NCBI RefSeq assembly: GCF_963921235.1
Contig: NC_086097.1
Location: forward strand, 154,506,001-154,570,000
From: Mobula hypostoma
Taxonomy: Eukaryota
DNA length: 64,000 nucleotides
Direction: 5' to 3'
Shown: one piece after another, positions 26,094 to 39,480 of the stretch
Layout: every line of letters begins with the position of its first letter
How positions within the stretch are numbered: the first letter of the stretch is position 1
The notes under the pieces: model-generated
Databases searched by the model: none
Told to the model about the DNA's origin: nothing
The model's input: the letters and a program-made list of their open reading frames with translations, nothing else
Made by a program: the position numbers and the translations under genes

Positions 26094-27169
26094 CCTCCAC
26101 TGGGGAAGTGGCATGTTATTACAGAACAACTTATGGTGTTACCGAGTGGAGCAAATGCATGCCCTGAGTGGAAGGAGCACATTTGTTATTTTGGATGGCA
26201 CCTTCATCTCTCCTCCTCTCACCTTTAACTCTGTAGCACTCGGTAGATGTACAATAGTATCTTGCCAGGTCTTCTTTGTTATCAAACCTCCAATCTCTTC
26301 CTCTGTCTCCGAGATATTCTCAGTCCTGATTTAGATAAATACTTCTATTCTGTTACTGTCAACTAGGTTTAAGCTGGCAGCACACTACTATCCTCTAGTA
26401 GGCAATGAATTTTAGCCTTAACTGTATTGCCTACATCCGTTTAATAGAGTTTAAATACGGCTTTGTACACCTGGTGAAGAATAGTGTTTCAGTATGTACC
26501 AAGCTCTTTGATGGCACTTCAGTTTTTTTGCATGTTGTTCACTCAAAACATAATGTAGCCTCCACACAAGTTCAGGAGCACAGTCGTGTTTTAATTAGGC
26601 TCTGTTTGGAATGAGATTTAAAACTGAGGAGGAAATCCATGGTACTGCTCAAAGGTCAGCAAGGGAAGTTTCCTGGCTAATATTCATTACAATAATAATA
26701 TGAAGTTTATTATACTGTCATTTTTGCCAGAGCTAATTGCGGGGTCTAACAATTCATAGGTAGAAGACTGCAGTTGTCTGCAAGAATAATAACACTTCAG
26801 GAATCTGACAGCATCTGAAACACCACCTTCAGGTTTTTGGAAAGGTCTCCTTATGAAGGACATGTTAACCTTGGCAGAAGTCCAGTGATGATTAATCAGG
26901 ATAATAATACTTGGTGCTAGGATAGAGCTATGGTGACAGAGTGGGTAAACATGAGCAGTATTCCTCAGGGATAAGAAGGTTAAGGGGCTAGCTGACTCAG
27001 AGAAAGTAAATAATGATAGGATCCAGATGTGAAATGCCTCCTTCCTTCTGCAGCAGAATTCAGAATAAGAATAATGTCACAGGATTCAGATGAAGCTGGT
27101 TAAAACAAAATACAGAAAAGCTTTGCCATTCAAAAAAATCTCATGAGATGCTAATTGAACTGACCTTGC

Positions 27170-28828
27170 AGCTGATTATTGACTTCAGGGGGAGGAAAGC
27201 AAGTCCATGAGGCAGTCCTCATTGGAGGATCAGAGGAGGAGTAGGTCATCGACATTAAATTCCTTACTATTATTTTGGAGGACCTGTTCTGGACCCAGCA
27301 CTTAAGTGCAATTATGAAGAAAGCAGGGGAGTGCCTCTACATAGAAATCTGCGAAGATTTGGCATGACGTCTAAAAATTTGACAAACATCTATAGATGTG
27401 TAGAAGAGAGTATATTTACTGACTGCATCACAGCCTGGTATGGAAACAGCAATGTCCATAAATGGAAAATCCCACAAAAAGTAGTGGATACATCCCAGTC
27501 CATGACAGGTAAAACCCTCTTCACCATTGAGCAGATCTACACAAAGTGTTGTCGCAGGAAAGCAGCATCCATCATCAGGCACCTCTATTACCCATGTCAT
27601 GTGTGACGCCAAGCAGAGCTACCGGACCGATGATGCTAATGAGAGAGATAACGGAAGACAATGGAGAAACATTTAAAATGCTAATAAGAGAGAAGAGAGA
27701 GATTAATGAGAAAGAAACACAATTCAGATATTGACAGACTGTTTGCTTTGAACCTGAACTGCTTGAAGTTTGATGGACAGGTGATACCCCAGCAGGGGGA
27801 TAAAAAGAGCAGGTTTGCTAAGGCACGGGATACCACGAGACCCTGGAAAGAGCAGTGTGCCCCCACAAGTTGGTAGGAGTTTGGAGGACCGGTTCACGGA
27901 AATCGGTCAGAGGCTCACAGGGTGTAAAGGTATGATCGGTGGGAACCTGGGGTGTGTGTCCGCCCTTGCCTGGGTGCCGGGTTCACTGCGGAAGAACAAT
28001 CGTATCCGGAACGGAGGGGTCACAGTCGGAGACCACAACGGGATCAGAAGACATCAAAAGGTCTGCCCGAAACCGACTGCATCTCTCACTCTCTCTCTCC
28101 AACGGTACGACAACAGCAATTACTGCGAACTGCACTAAACTGAACTGAACTCTGCTTCACTTAAGACTGATCATTTTACCCCTAGACTGCGATAGAGCTT
28201 GGTTGATTCCTATTACCCTATTTGTGTGTATATGTGTGTATTATCATTGCTAACCTGTTACATTTATATCCTTGCGATTAGTGTACTGTATTATTTATTT
28301 CTTTAATAAAACTTTATTAGTTCCTAGTAATCACAGACTCCAACGAGCATTGCATTTCTGCTGGTTTGGCAACCCAGTTATGTGGTACGTAACACCCAGG
28401 ACAGGGTCTCTTCTCACTGCTGCATCAAAAAGTCACAGGAAGCTCAGGACTCACACCACCAAGTTCAGGAACAGTTATTAGCCCTCAATCATCAGGGTCT
28501 TGAACCAAAGGGGTTCAACTTCAACTTCACTTACCCCACTACTGAAATTCCCACAAGCTATGGACTCACTTTCAAAGAATGTTCATCTCAAGTTTTCAAT
28601 ATTTATTGCTAATTTATTTATTATTATGATTATTTCTTTCTTTTTGTATTTGCACAGCTTGTTGTCCTTTGCACATACTGTATTTTGAACACCCAAGTTT
28701 GTGTGGTCTTTCATTGATTCTATCATGGTTACTATTCTATTATGGATATTTGAGTATGCTCGTTGGAAAATGATTCTCAGGGATGGTGACATATATGTAC
28801 TCTGTTAATAAATTTACTTTGAACTTTG
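27170..28828 (+). mobile_element. Rex1/Babar 3' fragment split by a solo LTR
   Basis: LRRFGMTSKNLTNIYRCVEESIFTDCITAWYG; resumes at 28395; tail TTTGAACTTTG. Confidence 0.85.
27595..28394 (+). mobile_element. Solo LTR (800 bp, probably Gypsy), 4-bp TSD
   Basis: Termini TGTCATG...CGTAACA; TSD CCCA at 27591-94 and 28395-98; AATAAA near 28305. Confidence 0.85.
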
Positions 28829-29209
28829 CTAATGGAACTGGAGAGAGAACAAATTGATATCCAAGAGATCTTGTGAAATATGACACTAATATTTTTAATG
28901 TAATCTCATGAAATTAAAAGTAACCTGGTGATTATTTCCAGCAACATTTTTAATCAATTCTTTCATTCTGCTTCATTAACTTTTATAGTCATGGGTGACA
29001 CAAAACAATATTTTCCTCTGCTTTGTAATCTCACCAACACATAACTATTATAAACTAGGCCATGATGTGCAGTGCACCATACTCCATTAATTTCATTTAT
29101 ATCAACATTAAGAAAGAAAATCAGTTTACATCTCGTACTTGTAGAAAAAAAGTTCTGCATTTTAAGTATTTAGGTTCCTTCATTACTGAAGGAGAGCTTC
29201 GAGTATTAT

Positions 29210-30035
29210 TCCAGCAAGATGGCGCCAATGACCAAAGTCAACATCCAGCAACAGCTCACTAAGCTACCAGATACTCTTTTTCTGCAAATGATTGCAGCCT
29301 ATAATTTGCCTTTTAAGGGTGTATTTTTGAGCTGACTAAATTATCTGGTGCTTCTGCAATCTGCTGGGGGATTTGGTGTGGATGAGAGCAGAGAATGGAG
29401 TGGCCAGCACCTAATGGCGGAACACAAACCTATTGTTGGCACCTTTCCTCCACATCAATTAAAGTGTCGAGAAAGATTAAAATTGTCACGGATGAGAGTA
29501 GAAAACAAACAAGTGTCCAGTGCCAGCTGGCTGCATTTGACCAGTCTCTTCTCACTTCTGTTGGTGCACGGAAGGTGCAGGAGTCTTGGGTCCCACACTG
29601 CCAGGTTCAGGAGCAGGTGTTGCCCTGCAGCCACTGGGCTACGGGACGGGCTTCAGCCACCTCAGCGTTAAACACGCTCCGCAGCCATGGACTCTCGTTC
29701 GGGGTCTCTGCAGTTCATGTTCCTTGTGTTTTTGTTTACTTCTTTTTAATATTTGCACAATTTTATCAAGGCGGTTCAGCGCTGAACTGACTCAGTAGTT
29801 CCATGGCTCTGGACTCACATTCGGGGACTCTGGTCAATGTTATTTGTTTACTGCACTTGCTTGGTTATACAATTCCTTCTCTTTTTTTGTACATTGGGTG
29901 TTTGATAATCTTGTTGTGTGGGGATTTTCTTTATAAGGGTTTTATTGTGTTTCTTTGTTCTGTGGCTGTGTGCAAGAAGGCAAATCTCAAGATTGTGTGC
30001 TGTATATACTTTGATCAGGTACTTTGAACTTTCTG
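29210..30035 (+). mobile_element. Non-autonomous or deleted Rex1-type elements (composite)
   Basis: Starts CAAGATGGCGCC; Rex 3' segment at ~29545-29770; tail ACTTTGAACTTT. Confidence 0.55.
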
Positions 30036-30156
30036 ATTTATTTTTGCAGCAACCCTCCACCTACTGGTAGCTTGTAAAGCCTGCAGGAAAGTGACCCACA
30101 ATGCAAGTAAAAAAAGATCCAGTTTTGGAGAGCAATGTCAATGCTAGGGCCAAGTA

Positions 30157-30853
30157 GGAGGGGGAGGAGAAGATGGCGGCGTGATGCAGCGCACGCCACT
30201 GCTCCAGAATGATATCTGTATTTGTTAAGTAGGGGACTGTGCACAATTCTGATTTGATGGAGACAGACGTAAGAGCGCAGAGGAACATCTGGAGAAACTT
30301 CTGAAATGCCCGCTTCGCTGCCGCTGCTACTGTGTGGTCTGAAATCTCTGGAGGAGTAGGCCTCTGAGTCCTTGGCTTTGCTTGTTTTGGTGGCCGGGAC
30401 GAGGTTGAAGGAGCTCGGCAGAGGATGGCACTCAGGAAGCTGTATTGGAGGGGCTGGTCGGAGGCTTGAAGTTTTTGGATGGACTCAGTCAGCTGTGGTC
30501 GGGTGCTTCCAATGCATCGGCAGTTGGCAGTTGTCGGTGCCTGGAGGTTTATGGCAGGGGAGTTTCTCCCTTTTTGCCACCTGTTATCAGGGACTATAGG
30601 AGTCGATCGGGACTTAAGACTTTTTTTTACTGTGCCCATGGTCTGTTCTTTATCAAATTATTGTATTGTTTTGCACTGCTGTAACTATATGTTATAATTA
30701 TGTGGTTTTGTCAGTGTTAGTCTTTGGTTTGTCCTGTTTTTGTGTGATATCACTCTAGAGGAACATTGTATCATTTTTTAATGCATGCATTTCTAAATGA
30801 CAATCAACAAGGACTGAGTGTTCTCATAATATAAAAAAATCTAATCTAATCTA
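30157..30853 (+). mobile_element. Non-autonomous non-LTR element with (TCTAA)n tail
   Basis: CpG-rich 5' end AAGATGGCGGC, T-rich 3' UTR, tail AATCTAATCTAATCTA; possible TSD AAGTA. Confidence 0.6.
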
Positions 30854-33549
30854 AAGTATCATTATACTGTTATGGGTGAGAGCAAATATTCATTCTTCCA
30901 CTGGTGCCCCATGCACAGTTCAGACCTGCTAGCACCAAATGGCGAGCTTTGCATTTTACCATTCAATGAAAAGATTTCTGAATTGTTGCATGGAGATGAG
31001 AAGAATAACTTAGCTGCTGTTCTTCTGTAAATGTTTTCATCATTTTCAGTTTCTATTTCAGATTTCCAACATCTGTAGTGTTTTTATTGTTTTCTACTTC
31101 TGCCTCTTCAGGAAGATTCACCTCAAAGAGCTTCTCCCTCTCTATCAGAGTGTTTATTTCTCTTTTACTTTCATTATTTTCCATTTCCCTTCTTGCTCTT
31201 GAGGTGATATTGATTAGAAATTAATTGAATTTATTTGCTTTATGGACTTTTTGCATGGATTCCAACTGAAATTTTCCTTTCCCATAGTCATGAAGGGAAA
31301 ATTTCACTCATAGTTCACTCAATTAAGTCACTTATTACAGATAACATAGGCGTGTTCAAAATATTCAGTACTTCTTGAATCACTGTCCTCAGTCCATTCT
31401 TGTTCAACACATTAATGCTCTTGATTCTTCTCTCTGAGAATGCTGACTCAATTCCTTCTCAAAAGCTGTCTTGGGCGGAGGTTCCATTTCACTATTTTCT
31501 GCAAACCAACTCAAACAAAAAAATATCTTTCCTTCCATGCACACATCATGGGTTGCAAAAACTTCAGGAGCTCCTACTCACTTTCCAGCATTTCCTAGTT
31601 CTAATGAAATGTTAACCCTATTTCTCCCTTCATGGATCTTGCCTGATAAATGAGTATTTCCAACATTTTCACTTTTATTATAAGAAGAAAGAATCTATTT
31701 CAAGCTATAGCCTTTCAGAAGTATCAATTGTGCCTCTTATTCATGTAATTAAGAGGCATATCATCTTGCCCCGGCTGTAGGAAATTAAGCAGTATATAGG
31801 GTCTACATAGACTTTCCTCTTTTCTACGTAGCTTTCCCAGCGTTGATACAGTTAAAGGACCAGAGGTCACCAAAAATATTTTTGTTTTTTGTGAAGCTGG
31901 GTATAAAAGTATACCCCTCCCCCCACCCCCAGCCCATGACACATCCAGGGATGTGGCGGATTCCCACTCATGTCTAACATACTCTTCTTCTGTATTTGCC
32001 TGTCACCTGTAGCATGTACATCAACAATCCTTCAACCTCAGCATCATGGCCTGAAATTTGAGTTACAAAAGCAACGCATTCCTGCAGCCACAACACTTGA
32101 TGGTTGCTAAGAACATACCAGGTAATGGAATCTTTGAACATCAGGAAAAACCACTAGGCAAGCAGGGTGGAGATTCCAAAGCTGGGATATCTTTGCTTTA
32201 AAACACTCAGAAATAAGTCAGATGAAGCTGAAACAATTTTGGTATTTAGCCAATGCATACTTAAGAAATGTACAAACGATTCAATATATTCTAATGTTTG
32301 CTTTGGGTAAAAGAGTTTTTTTTCTCTCAGGTGGAGATTAAATACCTCTCTAGAATTTAATCACATCTAATCTGCCAAATTCTATGTAATGCAATGGGAT
32401 TATGGTATAATCTTTCAAAATGTTTGTTAAACTGACTCTCCATAAAAGAACCAATTTAACAGCAACAAGAAATGGAACATCTGTTTGGCCATCTTACTGC
32501 ATCCAAATTACCAAACAAACATGACTTCTCTTTGAAAGTAATGCATTTGCTTATGAGATGCTGTGACACAGCCTAAGGCGACAAAAACTATTGCATACAT
32601 GCAGTCTCATTCCTTCTCCCAACAGCAGAGTCATCCAGACAAAGATACGATGATGGATGATTGCCCTCGTGCACTGATAACCTTCTGGCAAACCCCGAGC
32701 AGGTGCTCAAGAATTCGTAAGAACACTGATCTTCCTTCCATGTGTTCTGTGAATAGAAAATCATCGTTTTTATTTGCCAGGGTCTGACAGAGTGCAGGCT
32801 GTGAATAGAAAGTGAAAGATGTATGTTTATGTCACATCTGTTCATTCTAAACAACGACATTGCTGTAAATACTTCATGATCAACTTGTTGGAGGTCACCA
32901 AACTCCAAATTCGTAAATGAACAAGACCAACCTTCAAATGTCCTGTAGAGTACTTTTTGTGTCTCTGTAAAGTTTCTCTACTGTCAAATGTGAAGGCCTC
33001 CTCATGTCGTTTTGAAGAGCACTTATTAGGTTTTGAGTCAATAACAATTACTGACAATCTCTTCAATGTGTATATAAAGTAGCCAGTTCTCTGCCAACAT
33101 GAGATGAATGAACACAGGCCAATTTGAGTCATATTGTGAATTACCCTTACTAAGTTAAAACCGTGACCACACATAAATAAAGTACTTTATTGTCCTTGAA
33201 GCACTTTGTTTTCTTCTAATTCTAACAGAGTACTTTAAGCAAAGCAAGTCTTTCTCTCTTGGATAATCAGAAGAATCCCTGATAATCTTGAAGAATCAGA
33301 AATCAATTGTTTTATGGGCAAGACTGAAAATTTTGTTTGAAACTCTGGTACAAAATATTGACTTCCTTAAAAGGAAATTAGTTATGTTATATTACTCATT
33401 AATTGCATAAAGTTTAGCAAAACATTAAATTCAGACACTATGTATTGACAAGTAAACTTGAATACTGCCAACTAAAGTTATCATCCCTGACCTTAACACA
33501 AATATTACTCCCTAGTCACAAACTGCATATTGCACAGATGTTTATCTGC

Positions 33550-34130
33550 ATTTGAAGCAGACTGCAAGCAAACTTGGTGTCATATTTGACTTCAGATCAC
33601 AGTATTATCTTCACCATCAATTACTATGTCCTGTTACAATACATGGCTCCATCTCTGTTCAGCTCATCTGACGCATTATCTTCTTACCCCTGTATTTAAC
33701 AAGTCCAACAAATCCTTTTAAATGTCCTCATGAAAACCTGAGGTCATCTGAAACTCCTTTCAAATGTCTCCATAAAACCTGAGGTCATTTGAAAGTCCTG
33801 TTAACCGTTTTCTAAATTGAACTATTTCCTGTTAATCCACCTCCACAGCTTTTATTCACCTCCATTGCTTTCTGGTTAAATAACACTTTGATTTTAAATT
33901 CTAAGCCTTGTTTTCAAACCCAGATAAGACTTCACTCCACTGTATCTTCCCAACATTTTAAGTGTTTTATATCTGCTCACCTCCAACGTGGGCACAAGCA
34001 CTTTTCCAATTGTATTCACTCTAGCTCCCATGGCTTTAGCATTTCAAATAACTCTTATACCTTTGTATTTCTCTTTCTTCCTTCAAGAAATTCTTATGCA
34101 ATTCTGTATATAAAATGTTCTATCAAACAA
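33550..34130 (+). mobile_element. Very old L2-clade remnant
   Basis: AAACTTGGTGTCATATTTGAC (LGVIFD) and CTCCATTGCTTTCTGGTTAAA...TTTAAATT (LHWLPVK..FKI-like). Confidence 0.45.
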
Positions 34131-34239
34131 GTTACCAGTGTTAAAGGCACTATAGAAATAGAAGAGGTGGTGTTAAAGTTAGAAATAGAAGAGTTGGTGA
34201 AAATCAAACTGGAAATACGTAGATATTTGAAAGCTGAAA

Positions 34240-34815
34240 TTAAAACAGAAAATGCTAAGGCACTCAGCAAGTCAGGAAGCATCTGTGGAAAGAAAGGCAG
34301 TTAATATTCCAAGGCTTGGGTGCTTTATCAACACAGGGAAAAAGGGAAAATAAAGCATTTTTAGGTAACGGAGTAACTGGGGGATGGCAGGGTAGAACAA
34401 AGGAAATGTCTTTGATAGGGTGAGGCCAGCTGTTCTAACACAGCAGTTAATGAGGAGTTAAGATCATAAATAAAAAGATGTCTGTCTCTTTATGAGATCC
34501 TAACTGACAATGGCCCTCAAGGATTAGAAAGAACCACATTAAGAAGTGTTTGGTACCTTGAGGCATTCAAGAAATAAGCAAAATACTTTGATATCATGGT
34601 GTTCATTTTATTAACTGCATCTCCAAGTATACAATGTGGCAGGAAGCACTGATTCCTGTTGCAACTGAGAAAATTAATAACTTCCTTTGACACAAAAGAG
34701 ACTGCAGATGCTGGAGATCTGGAGCAACACACACATAAATGCTGGAGGAACAGAGCAGCTCAAGCAGCAACTATGGAGTGTCAACATTTTTGGCCAAAAC
34801 CCTACATCAGGAAGC
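34240..34815 (-). mobile_element. Degenerate PLE pLTR ends (two)
   Basis: AAAACAGAAAATGCT..CACTCAGCAAGTCAGGAAGCATC and GAGACTGCAGATGCTGGAG...CCCTACATCAGG. Confidence 0.55.
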
Positions 34816-36786
34816 AATTTGTGTCTGTTGCAATAAATTTGGGATTCTTTGCAAGCATCTAGTGTACTGCACCATAAATGATATAAGTAGTGAATTGGCT
34901 CTACTAATTCTACATATAATCCTTGTGAAGTGAGGAGCGGATATTGTTCCTTGTCTACAGCTGAACTTAGTGCGTGTTTGTTTCTATACAGCTTTATTGT
35001 CTTATTAGTGTGTCCAACCTACTGTTAGATTTTATCAGCACACCACTCTGTTCCAGCCTATTCCTTCTCATTTTAACTTGCTAGGGCATACAGATTTGAA
35101 CCGGCCTAGCTGAAGATTAGCTTCGTAACTGCTCTGTTGTAAATATGCACATTCTACTCTGTTATGCCATTGTAGTTATAAACATATTGTCAGGTCTTTC
35201 CAACAAAAGATTATGTCTGAATTTCAAGTATCAATGCTGAAAACAATTTTTGCATGTCATGCTTGTATTGTCTCATTCAGCCCTTCCCCACAGATGGCCA
35301 ATTTTCACAGGTCATTATACTGATGGAGAGAGTACATCCTGTCTTTCCACTTGGCATTCCCCTTCAGTTACTAAAATCTCAAAGCAGGCTTTCAGTTTGA
35401 TTGTGAATTCTATTAGTGGATCCAACTAAATTTGAAAGAATAAAGCGTCTTTACCCTTTGATCAGTAGCATGAAGTGTCAACGAGCATATGGCATTGTTA
35501 CCTGAAGGTCAATTTTGCTACCATTTAGTTCTGTGGCATAGATACCATAGAATGTGAATTCTCAATTTCTGAATGAACTTCCCTGGGCATGATGTCCTCC
35601 TAGCTGTCAATTTGTCATTTTGAATTGTCATTGAGATTGTTTTAGTTGCTTACCTCACTGTCACATCTCCAGGCTGTCAAAATATGACTCTTAGCAAATG
35701 AAACATTTGGCTCTTTCTCTTTTAAGAACTTGGAATATGATGGTCATTGCAGTGACAAAATATAAATTGGCTTGTTGTTGTCACATATACCAAGGTACAG
35801 TGGAAAACATACTGTTCATACAGATCAATTCATTAAAACAGTGCATCAAATAATACAATGTAGAACAATAACAGCACAGAATAAAGTGTTATAGTTACAG
35901 AGAAAATATAGTGCAATAAGGGGCAAGGTCATAATGATATAGACTGGTTCAGTTGAGAGTCCACCTTCTTACTTGTAAGCTAATTATCATAGAAAATGCT
36001 TTCTCTTGACCAGAATTGTAAACTGCTTCTCTTTCCACACACCCTGATTAACTAGCTGAGTTCTTCCAGTATTTTTTAATTATAGATCAGAATAGGACTT
36101 TGGCTCACCGACTGTGGACTGCAATTACACCAGTCATGTAGTAAACAAAATTTCCTGAAGTTTTTGATGTTGTTTCCATCAACACGGCATTTTACATAAG
36201 TACATAGAACAAAATAAAATTGGTATTAGAGCAAGTCATTCAGGCCCATAAACCTGCCCTCCTATTCAATATGATCATAGCTGATCTTCCCCATATCTAT
36301 CCTCTTTTGTGCCTATTCTCTGTACTACTTAACCCTCCTGAATTTTCAAAGATTAACTTACTCTCTCTTTGAATGCCTCAGTGACCTAGGCTCCACAATC
36401 TTCTTAGGTAAAATACTCCAGAAGTTCACCACTCCTGGTATTTTCATACCCGGTTTTGTGTGGTCAACAGGAATACACCAGTCTACCCCCCCCCCACACA
36501 CGTAAATATCAATGAGCATCGATATTTGTAACACAATGATAAGTTACTAAATGGTACAATGTACTATCAATAAACACATGAATTGTCTCACTCTACTTGT
36601 GGCTCCTTTTACCTATTTATAATCTCTTAGAATAAAGACAACAGTTTCTGAGCAAAATCTTTAAAAGTGACATCATTTGTTTGGTATGGGCAGAGGAAAT
36701 GTGTTATCATGCCACATTGGCCCTAATCTCTACTAAAAGTAGTGTGTTTTGCTTTGAACATATGTATATTGAATCATTTTGGTCAC

Positions 36787-38201
36787 TCAAGGTGTGCACA
36801 GCACAACTGGCAGGTGTGTTTACTGATATTTTTAATCTCTCCCCCTCCCAGTGTAGAGTGCCATCCCTGCTTCAAATTATCCACCATTGTCCCTGTACCA
36901 AAAAAGACCAAGGTAACATGGCTAAACGACTGGTGTCCTGTCACACTCATCTCAATAATAAGCAAAAGCTTTGAGAGGCTGGTCAAGGATTACATCTGCA
37001 GCTTGCTGCCACCCAAACTGGACCCCCTACAATTCGCCTAACGACATAACCGATCGACAGATGACACAGTAGCCACTGCTGTACGTACTGTCCTTACACA
37101 CCTGGAGAAGAAGGAAGCTTATGCTGTTCTTGGACTACAGTTCAGCATTCAACACCATAGTTCCAGCCAGGCTCGACAAGAAGCTCAGAGACCTCAGCCT
37201 TGGCCCGGCCTTGTGCAACTGGATCCTGGACTGCCTGTCAGATCGTCAGCAGGTTGTAAGAGTGGGCTCCCTCACCTCCAACCCTCTGACTCTCAATAAA
37301 GGAGACCCTCAGGGCTGCGTACTGAGTCCCCTCCTTTACTCCCTGTATACCCATGACTGTATCACCCCCCACAGCTCCAATCTGCTAATTAAATTTGCTG
37401 ATGACACTACATTGATTGGCCTTATCTCAAATAATAATGAGGTGGCCTACAGGGAAAAAGTCATCTCTCTGACACAGTGGTGTCAAAAAACCTTTCCCTC
37501 AATGTCGCAAAAACAAAGGAGCTGGTTGTGGATTACAGGAGGAATGGAGACGGACTAACCCCTATTGACATCAATGGATCTGGGGTTGAGAGGGTAAACA
37601 GCTTCAAGTTCCTCAGCATCCACATCAATGAGGATCTCATGTGGTCTGTACACACCAGCACAACAGCATCTCTTTCACCTCAGACGGTTGAGGAAGTTTG
37701 GTATGGGCCTCCAAATCCTAAGAACTTTCTACAGGGGCACAATTGAGAGCATCCTGACTGGCTGCAACACTGCCTGGTATGGGAACTATACCTCCCTTAA
37801 TCGCAGGACTCTGCAGAGAATGGTGCTGACAGCCCGGCGTATCTGTAGTTATGAACTTCCCATGATTCAGAACATTTACAAGGACAAGTGTGTTAAAAGG
37901 GCCCGTAGGATCATTGAGGACCCAAGTCATCCCAGCCATAATCTATTCCAGCTGCTACCATCCGGGAAGCAGTATCGCTGCATAAAAGCCAGGACCAATA
38001 GGCTCCAGGACAGCTTCTTCCACCAGGTCATCAGACTGATGAACTCATGCTACTCTATATTACATTGACTGTTCGATTTATTATAAATTATTATAAATTA
38101 CTATGAATGCATATGGCACATTTAGATGGAGACGTATTGTAAAAATTTTTACTTCTCATGTATGTGAAGGACGTAAGAAATAAAGTCAATTCAATTCAAT
38201 T
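36787..38201 (+). mobile_element. Rex1/Babar LINE, RT plus C-terminus, 5'-truncated
   Basis: LDPLQFA, MLFLDYSSAFNTI, PQGCVLSPLLYSLYTHDC, KFADDTT, LRRLRKFGM..FYRGTIESIL; tail (CAATT)n. Confidence 0.92.
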
Positions 38202-38499
38202 CCTTCTTCTTCAATTTCCATTCTATTGTTTGCACTCCTCAATGTCATTTGGGTATACAGACTAAATGGGGTTTTCAAGCTATCACACTACCTAGACTCC
38301 TAGAAGAATCAGTCAGGGCAAATATGTTGCTCTAGCCTTAGTCGGCAGCACCACAGCTTACATGCACATGACAGTCTAGAGATAGGCCAATTCCACTCTC
38401 TGCTGCATCAGTAGTTTGCAGTGTCATTCACTCTTCTTATTATGCATTAATATTCATATATACCAATTATACCAAAGATAAATCTCTTGGGTTAATGAT

Positions 38500-38830
38500 A
38501 AGGATGGCACAGTAGCAAAGCTGATGCAAATGCTGCCAGACAGCTTCTGCGACCTGACATCAGACCTCTGGTGTTACATTGCACATTTTTCTGAGTGACT
38601 ACTGTACATGCATTACTTCTGAAACATTTTGATTTCCTTCAAAATCCTAAAGACACTCTAATAGGTTTCTTGAGCTCTGTAAATTTTGCCTAGTGTGTAA
38701 ATGAGTGGTAGAATCTGCAGCAAGTTGACGGGAATATGTGAAGAATACAACATTTCAGAGTAAGATTTGTGTAACGATGGTGCTTGATGATCAGTATAGA
38801 CTCAGTGGGCTAAGAGCATGTTTCCTTTCT
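38500..38830 (+). mobile_element. Degenerate HE1-like SINE
   Basis: A-box-like TGGCACAGTAG, TGTAAATTTTGCCTAGTGTGTA and a CR1-type tail GACTCAGTGGGCTAAG. Confidence 0.45.
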
Positions 38831-39319
38831 CTCTCAGTCTCCCTCGCTCTCTCTCTTTTCACAATATTTTCCTGTGATGAATAAGATCATAGAACGAGTC
38901 ATCCAATAATCATTACAAACAGGCTCACTGTATGGTTCAGTTGTCCAATGGATCACAGGATATCCACAATTGGAAATACTGCTGTGAGTCAAAGTCTAGG
39001 AACTCCCTGCCCAACAATACTATGGGAGTACTTTCACCCAGTGAACACAGGAAACTGCCTCATGACCAACTTCTCAAGTACAGTAAGGGACGGACAATGA
39101 ATTTATCCTTGCCTACAATGGTCTTGTCCCACTTAACAATAATAATCTTTTAATACGCCTCAGGAGAGATTCACTGCACTGCTCAATTTACTGTTAAGTT
39201 CTGTACCATGGAAGACAATTCTCTGTATCAGGAGGAACATTTGGAAATTCCCAAAGGAAAGCAGGAGCAAGGAGCGCTCCAGCAATCTCTGTGGCACGAG
39301 ATATCATGCTCTGCACTCC

Positions 39320-39480
39320 CATCGACTTATATTCTCACTATCACTGAGCGAACATCTTTCTGAATCGGAAAGGATTCTACTCCAACAATGCTCAGCTTGT
39401 TTGTAATCACTTGAATTACATTATCCAGGACCTGTGCTTGGAGTTCCACCAATCGTCACACTTCATTTATTCAAGGTGCC
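39320..39480 (+). mobile_element. PIF/Harbinger transposase remnant
   Basis: 39354-39428 reads IFLNRKGFYSNNAQLVCNHLNYIIQ, matching the Harbinger NRKGxxSxNxQxVCD motif. Confidence 0.7.

Noticed and set aside
26224..26319. Immunoglobulin V-like EDLARYYC motif on the minus strand
   Set aside because: In-frame stop just upstream; no first Cys/Trp or RSS; likely chance.
37628..38068. ALKBH8 N-terminal (DUF1891)-like gene
   Set aside because: This is the Rex1/Babar ORF C-terminus, repeated many times in the window.
39354..39428. Host HARBI1 gene
   Set aside because: Short, with the catalytic context degraded and no flanking ORF.
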